Source of the DNA: Basidiobolus meristosporus CBS 931.73
Lineage: Eukaryota > Fungi > Basidiobolomycota
NCBI GenBank assembly: GCA_002104905.1
Contig: MCFE01000084.1
Coordinates: 62,001 to 126,000 of the forward strand
Length of the DNA: 64,000 nt
Direction of reading: 5' to 3'
In this document: positions 59,961-64,000 of the stretch, in pieces
How positions within the stretch are numbered: position 1 is the first letter of the stretch
Layout: the number at the start of each line of letters is the position of its first letter
The notes under the pieces: generated by a model
The model's database searches: none
What the model was told of the DNA's origin: nothing
Seen by the model: only the letters and a program-made list of their open reading frames with translations
Translations under genes and position numbers: made by a program

Positions 59961-60692
59961 ATCTCCCTCCGAGCATTCTCCACCAAAGGCACTTACTGGG
60001 ATTTATCAGTGCCGAGTTAACTTATTTTTTCTTCATCAAACCTGAAATAACTATCTAATTCTACCACAACATGTCAGTATCCAAACCATGCGGGAAACCC
60101 ATGCTTTACTCCTACGCCAGCATTGACCATTTACACACCAGTGACTTGATCGACGGCGGTGGAGATCGGAGGGCTCCCTCGGTTTGGCTCCATTTCCACA
60201 CAACCAAACCCTGGCCGAGGCCATTCCGAATAGATGAATAGATAGTTACCAAAGGGATTTCCGAATTAAAGATTTCTATTCAAGCATAGGCCAATGCTGT
60301 TTGAGTCTGGTGGGTTAGGGAAAATTTTCGTCCTTCACATGTGATTGACGATTCTGGCTGCGATCGGTGTCTAGACTCCGTCCCTTGACGGAGATCACTT
60401 TACTTGGTCGATTCGCATGGCGAATTGATTGAAGTTACCGCTAGGTTCTCGTGGGATATAATACTATTTATTTACAAGCTCGTATAGATGCCAGCGTGAT
60501 GGGTGGGTTGATGTTCACACACAGTAAGAATACGTCTTGGCTGATATTTGAACTCAACTCCCAGGTATCACCGTGGATTTGGGAATATGCAGGATTATGT
60601 GCTGATTAAACGCAAGTCTATCTATCTATCAGTGAGATCAGGTAACGGGAGCAAGTGTGAAATATACAGCAATGTGGTTCTTGAGGGGCTAG

Positions 60693-62579
60693 CTACCAAT
60701 CCGGGATAATCGGAAGATCAACTGTATGTTTGGTCTGCCATATAGATGAGGTTTTCCTTGGTTTCATCTGGTTGAGTCGTCGAGTGAGCAGCGACGGATA
60801 TGCTTTAACCACTGGCTTGGATGATGAATCCTGACAAGGGATCTCACCGTTCTCGATGGGGTCCATTTGGTCGGGATACTCATCGGACTCTGTGCAGGAT
60901 TTTCTTGCCTCCAGCATGCATGTTGATGAGCAGAAACGAACACTCCTTGGGACGCGGGGGTGGCCCAGGTAGTTCTTGATTTCAACACAACCCACCCACT
61001 CACGGACATATGGGTTCAAGCAATGGTGGCATGGTCGTGATCCACCTTCGAGGTAGTGTAGGAGAGTGGCCGGGAGATGTTGTCGAGGAATGGGAACAGC
61101 ATTCTTGAGGACCTGACGAGCAGCCAATTCTCGAAGTGAAGGTAGAAGAAACGATGGCCCAGATGAGGTGCCCAGAAACTGGCTTGGGCCGTTTGTTGTA
61201 GCAGTATTACTGCTGGTGCAGTCCTTCTTAGCGAATTGGTGTGATTCAAGCCGTGACGTTAATGTGTTATCGTCTCTAATGGGTGGATCGGGCCTGCGAG
61301 ATCCAGAGGTGAATGGATTGCCAGTAAGCAAAACTGTTGTTTTTCGCATGAACAGTGCGATATCACCGGGGATAACGCAAAGGCTGTTATCTGTCAAGTC
61401 CAAGGTCTCCAAACTACCTAGATCAGTGATCTCTATAGGCAAATCTAACAGCGAATTGCGAGAAAGGTCAAATGAGCGGAGGAATCGACACCGACCAATA
61501 GAGCGAGGTAGGGTGAGCAATCGATTCTCACTAACGGCAAGCCTCACTAACTTCGATTGGGAATGTCCAATATCTAACGGTAGGCTGACCAGGCGATTCT
61601 GCGTTAGATCCAGGTCTCGAAGATTGATAAGCTTTGAGAGGCATCTTTCAGGGAACGTTTCCAGCAAATTCCCGCCAAATATTGAGCCCAACTGAAGAGT
61701 CTCCAACTGTGTCATTTCTCCTAATGTATCTGGAAGCTCGGCAATCCGATTACCATAGAGTCGAAGAACTCTCAGCTGGGTGAGAGAGCTGGGAAGTTGT
61801 TTGGAGAAACCGGTGGATATGATATTGTTCGATAGATCCAACACCTTTAGATTTGTGAAGTGATGCAGCTCCTCGGGAAATGTGTCGAAGCGATTATGGC
61901 TTAAATTCAGAACCTCAACCTTATCTGCTATGCCAATAATACTACTCGGGATTCGTGAAAGGTGATTATGCGACAAATCCAACTCGACAACATCGAAAGC
62001 ACTCGAGTAACGATTGCAATTACTCACAGTACCAGTTGCTTGAGCCATGGCCTCGACTAACAAGCGTTCATGAATACACGCCTCCATGGAGGCGTTTGAT
62101 AGGCGCCTTCTTCTCAAACATATAGAAGTTTTGGCAGGCCTGCTGCTTTGAAGTGTGCTGGAATTAGCTCGATTAGCAGTGTCTCCGCATACAAAAAGGG
62201 GTGCATTTTGCGTGGATTCGGCACGAACTACTCCCTGGCAAGTATTCACCAGCTGCCTGGAATGTCTATGTTTGAAATCCCAAACTACATTGCAAGATTC
62301 GATATCTGGTAGATCAGCACTTGTATTGCTCCACAAGCATTCCAGAGCGTGTGGTGGATTTTTTTGAGAGAGGGCTCTAGAAACGTTTTTGCTGTGGTAT
62401 TTGGCAGATACTCGAAGATTTTTTGGCCCGACTTGTCTTCTTTCTGAAATACCCAGATTCATTACTGAGTCGCTAAACTCTGGGAAGGTTGCGATGAGAG
62501 GGACTGAAAGGTGTTGTATGGATGAAGCGTAGGCTTCGGTGGTCCAAGACAGTTGCATATGATTATACAAGGTGGTCAA
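60693..62579 (-). CDS. Leucine-rich-repeat protein (about 9 LRRs) with a C-terminal BC-box-like and Cys-rich module, 628 aa; true start uncertain
   Basis: LxLSxNxLxxLP repeats from about residue 196 to 425, then LPSLRELAARQV, LPATLLHYL, CHHC, FCSSTC. Confidence 0.88.
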   Translation of the reverse strand: MTTLYNHMQLSWTTEAYASSIQHLSVPLIATFPEFSDSVMNLGISERRQVGPKNLRVSAKYHSKNVSRALSQKNPPHALECLWSNTSADLPDIESCNVVWDFKHRHSRQLVNTCQGVVRAESTQNAPLFVCGDTANRANSSTLQSSRPAKTSICLRRRRLSNASMEACIHERLLVEAMAQATGTVSNCNRYSSAFDVVELDLSHNHLSRIPSSIIGIADKVEVLNLSHNRFDTFPEELHHFTNLKVLDLSNNIISTGFSKQLPSSLTQLRVLRLYGNRIAELPDTLGEMTQLETLQLGSIFGGNLLETFPERCLSKLINLRDLDLTQNRLVSLPLDIGHSQSKLVRLAVSENRLLTLPRSIGRCRFLRSFDLSRNSLLDLPIEITDLGSLETLDLTDNSLCVIPGDIALFMRKTTVLLTGNPFTSGSRRPDPPIRDDNTLTSRLESHQFAKKDCTSSNTATTNGPSQFLGTSSGPSFLLPSLRELAARQVLKNAVPIPRQHLPATLLHYLEGGSRPCHHCLNPYVREWVGCVEIKNYLGHPRVPRSVRFCSSTCMLEARKSCTESDEYPDQMDPIENGEIPCQDSSSKPVVKAYPSLLTRRLNQMKPRKTSSIWQTKHTVDLPIIPDW

Positions 62580-64000
62580 CGAAAAGATATGCTATCTATA
62601 AGGTCGGGCTAGATGAAGATTAAAATGAGGAGGTCTAAAGTTATGTGATATGGTGCAGCTTGGAGCAGCGTACGAAAGTGGACCAGGGATGAGATTATCT
62701 AGAAGTGTATTATTACAAGTGAGTGCACACATGGCAACCAGAACAACGCCAGTTAAATAGAAATAAAAATCGTACCTCGGAAGCACATCTGTGGTACTCA
62801 TCGGATACATCCGTAGAGGCGATTCTATGGAGATTGGAATACAGAACGACTCATGTATCCCAATATGTGGGTAACTTAGTAACATTAGGTAGTGAATGAT
62901 CAATCATCAATCGCTGGAATTCCTCAATATTGCCAATTCAAACGACCGTCCCAGGCCACCCATTGGCTAGTGTGACTTCTTCACACACATTCCAGGAGAT
63001 GTAGTGTTTTGTCTGTTTCAGCCTGTAGGTTGAGCGATTCTCACATCAAATTGCATCAAGTTAGATCTGATTACTCTGTTGCTCCATACAACCATCACTC
63101 GCCTAATTTGGCAACCTGGAACCATCTGATACGGGCATGGTATTGTCCAGAACTAAAATGCCCTGATTGCTGTGAGGTACAGACCTGGTTTGGTTGCAGT
63201 GATTTGTCAGAATTTTCTGGGGAAGTCTGAATGTGTAATTATGACTAAAAGTTGATTCCATGCTTGCTAAATCCCTTCAATCAGATAACTGTACGTGCAT
63301 CAGATACCCCCAAACCATTACCAGAATCCTCTATTTCCCGCGCCATTGATTATATATAGCGCTGGTTTAATATAAAAGTACTGCCACATGGGAAATCGAA
63401 CATCCTCTGCATGTTGAGCTTTGGCTCTGGCCAATGTAGGGATTCCGATGGGAAATCGAGGCTACCGATGGACTCAACCATCAGCTGATTTTCAGTGTCC
63501 TTGGCCATAGTGGTTTCTCAGGAGAACCTCATTTGCTAAAACCTGGGACCAGTTGAAAACCATCAGGGAGTGAAGGATCTCAAGAAGGTAGTGCTGACTA
63601 CTGTTTGGTGGGTGTTCTCCACACATGTGTCCTGGAGCTTGGCTATTGGATTTGGGATCGCCAAATCTGGTCTAATCCATAATGAAAAGCTCCTATTGTT
63701 GCTTAAACTTTCAATGTGATGGGTAGCTGGTTTCAGAGATCCGAAGCCTTGACATATTCTTTGACTTCGTTGATTGGCCAGTACTTTGAAGATTCCTACT
63801 CAAATTTTACTGGCCATCTTTATTACCATGATTATGGTGATGTGGTTGTTCATAGTAATGAAAGCTGGATAAGAAGCAGTTGCAGAGACACTTCCTAAAT
63901 TAGATGGATTTATCCGACATGAAGCCTAAGCTCTGGACTGTAATACCAAATTTATAAGTGCTGGAAGCTGATTCTTGAGCGGCTGGAAGAGGTTAGAACA

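Noticed and set aside
39832-62579. A sulfur or organic-acid metabolic gene cluster (MFS, persulfide dioxygenase, LRR adaptor)
   Set aside because: The genes are interleaved with unrelated housekeeping genes and a TE island, and no shared motif was seen.

Overview
Eukaryotic DNA, most likely from an early-diverging fungus (inference from 53-64 bp GT-AG introns and fungal-type proteins). It has two sharply separated compartments. (1) Transposon zones at about 1-34.6 kb and 49.5-56.4 kb are nearly devoid of CpG and consist of nested elements. These include three degenerate Ty3/Gypsy copies, several Ty1/Copia copies, solo LTRs, a decayed CACTA/EnSpm element and a family of foldback/MITE elements with AGAC...GTCT ends and 3-bp AAT/ATT target duplications. 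One Copia is intact and very recent (28773-33459; 350-bp LTRs 349/350 identical; GTTTT TSD; half-tRNA-iMet PBS; single gag-pol ORF). (2) Gene zones with normal CpG content carry six genes: CK2 beta subunit, OFA-family MFS transporter, a homeodomain protein ending in WRPWD, a mitochondrial type-II-like persulfide dioxygenase, SLC1-like LPA acyltransferase, and an LRR protein with a BC-box/Cys-rich tail. The strongest novelty candidates are the unclassified 733-bp giant-hairpin transposon family with homogenised arms and 10-bp-phased motifs, context-independent CpG erasure restricted to repeats, the WRPW motif on a fungal homeodomain protein, and Ty5-like features of the intact Copia. All alignments and translations were done by eye, and coordinates described as approximate may be off by tens of bases. 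No tRNA, rRNA or CRISPR array was found.
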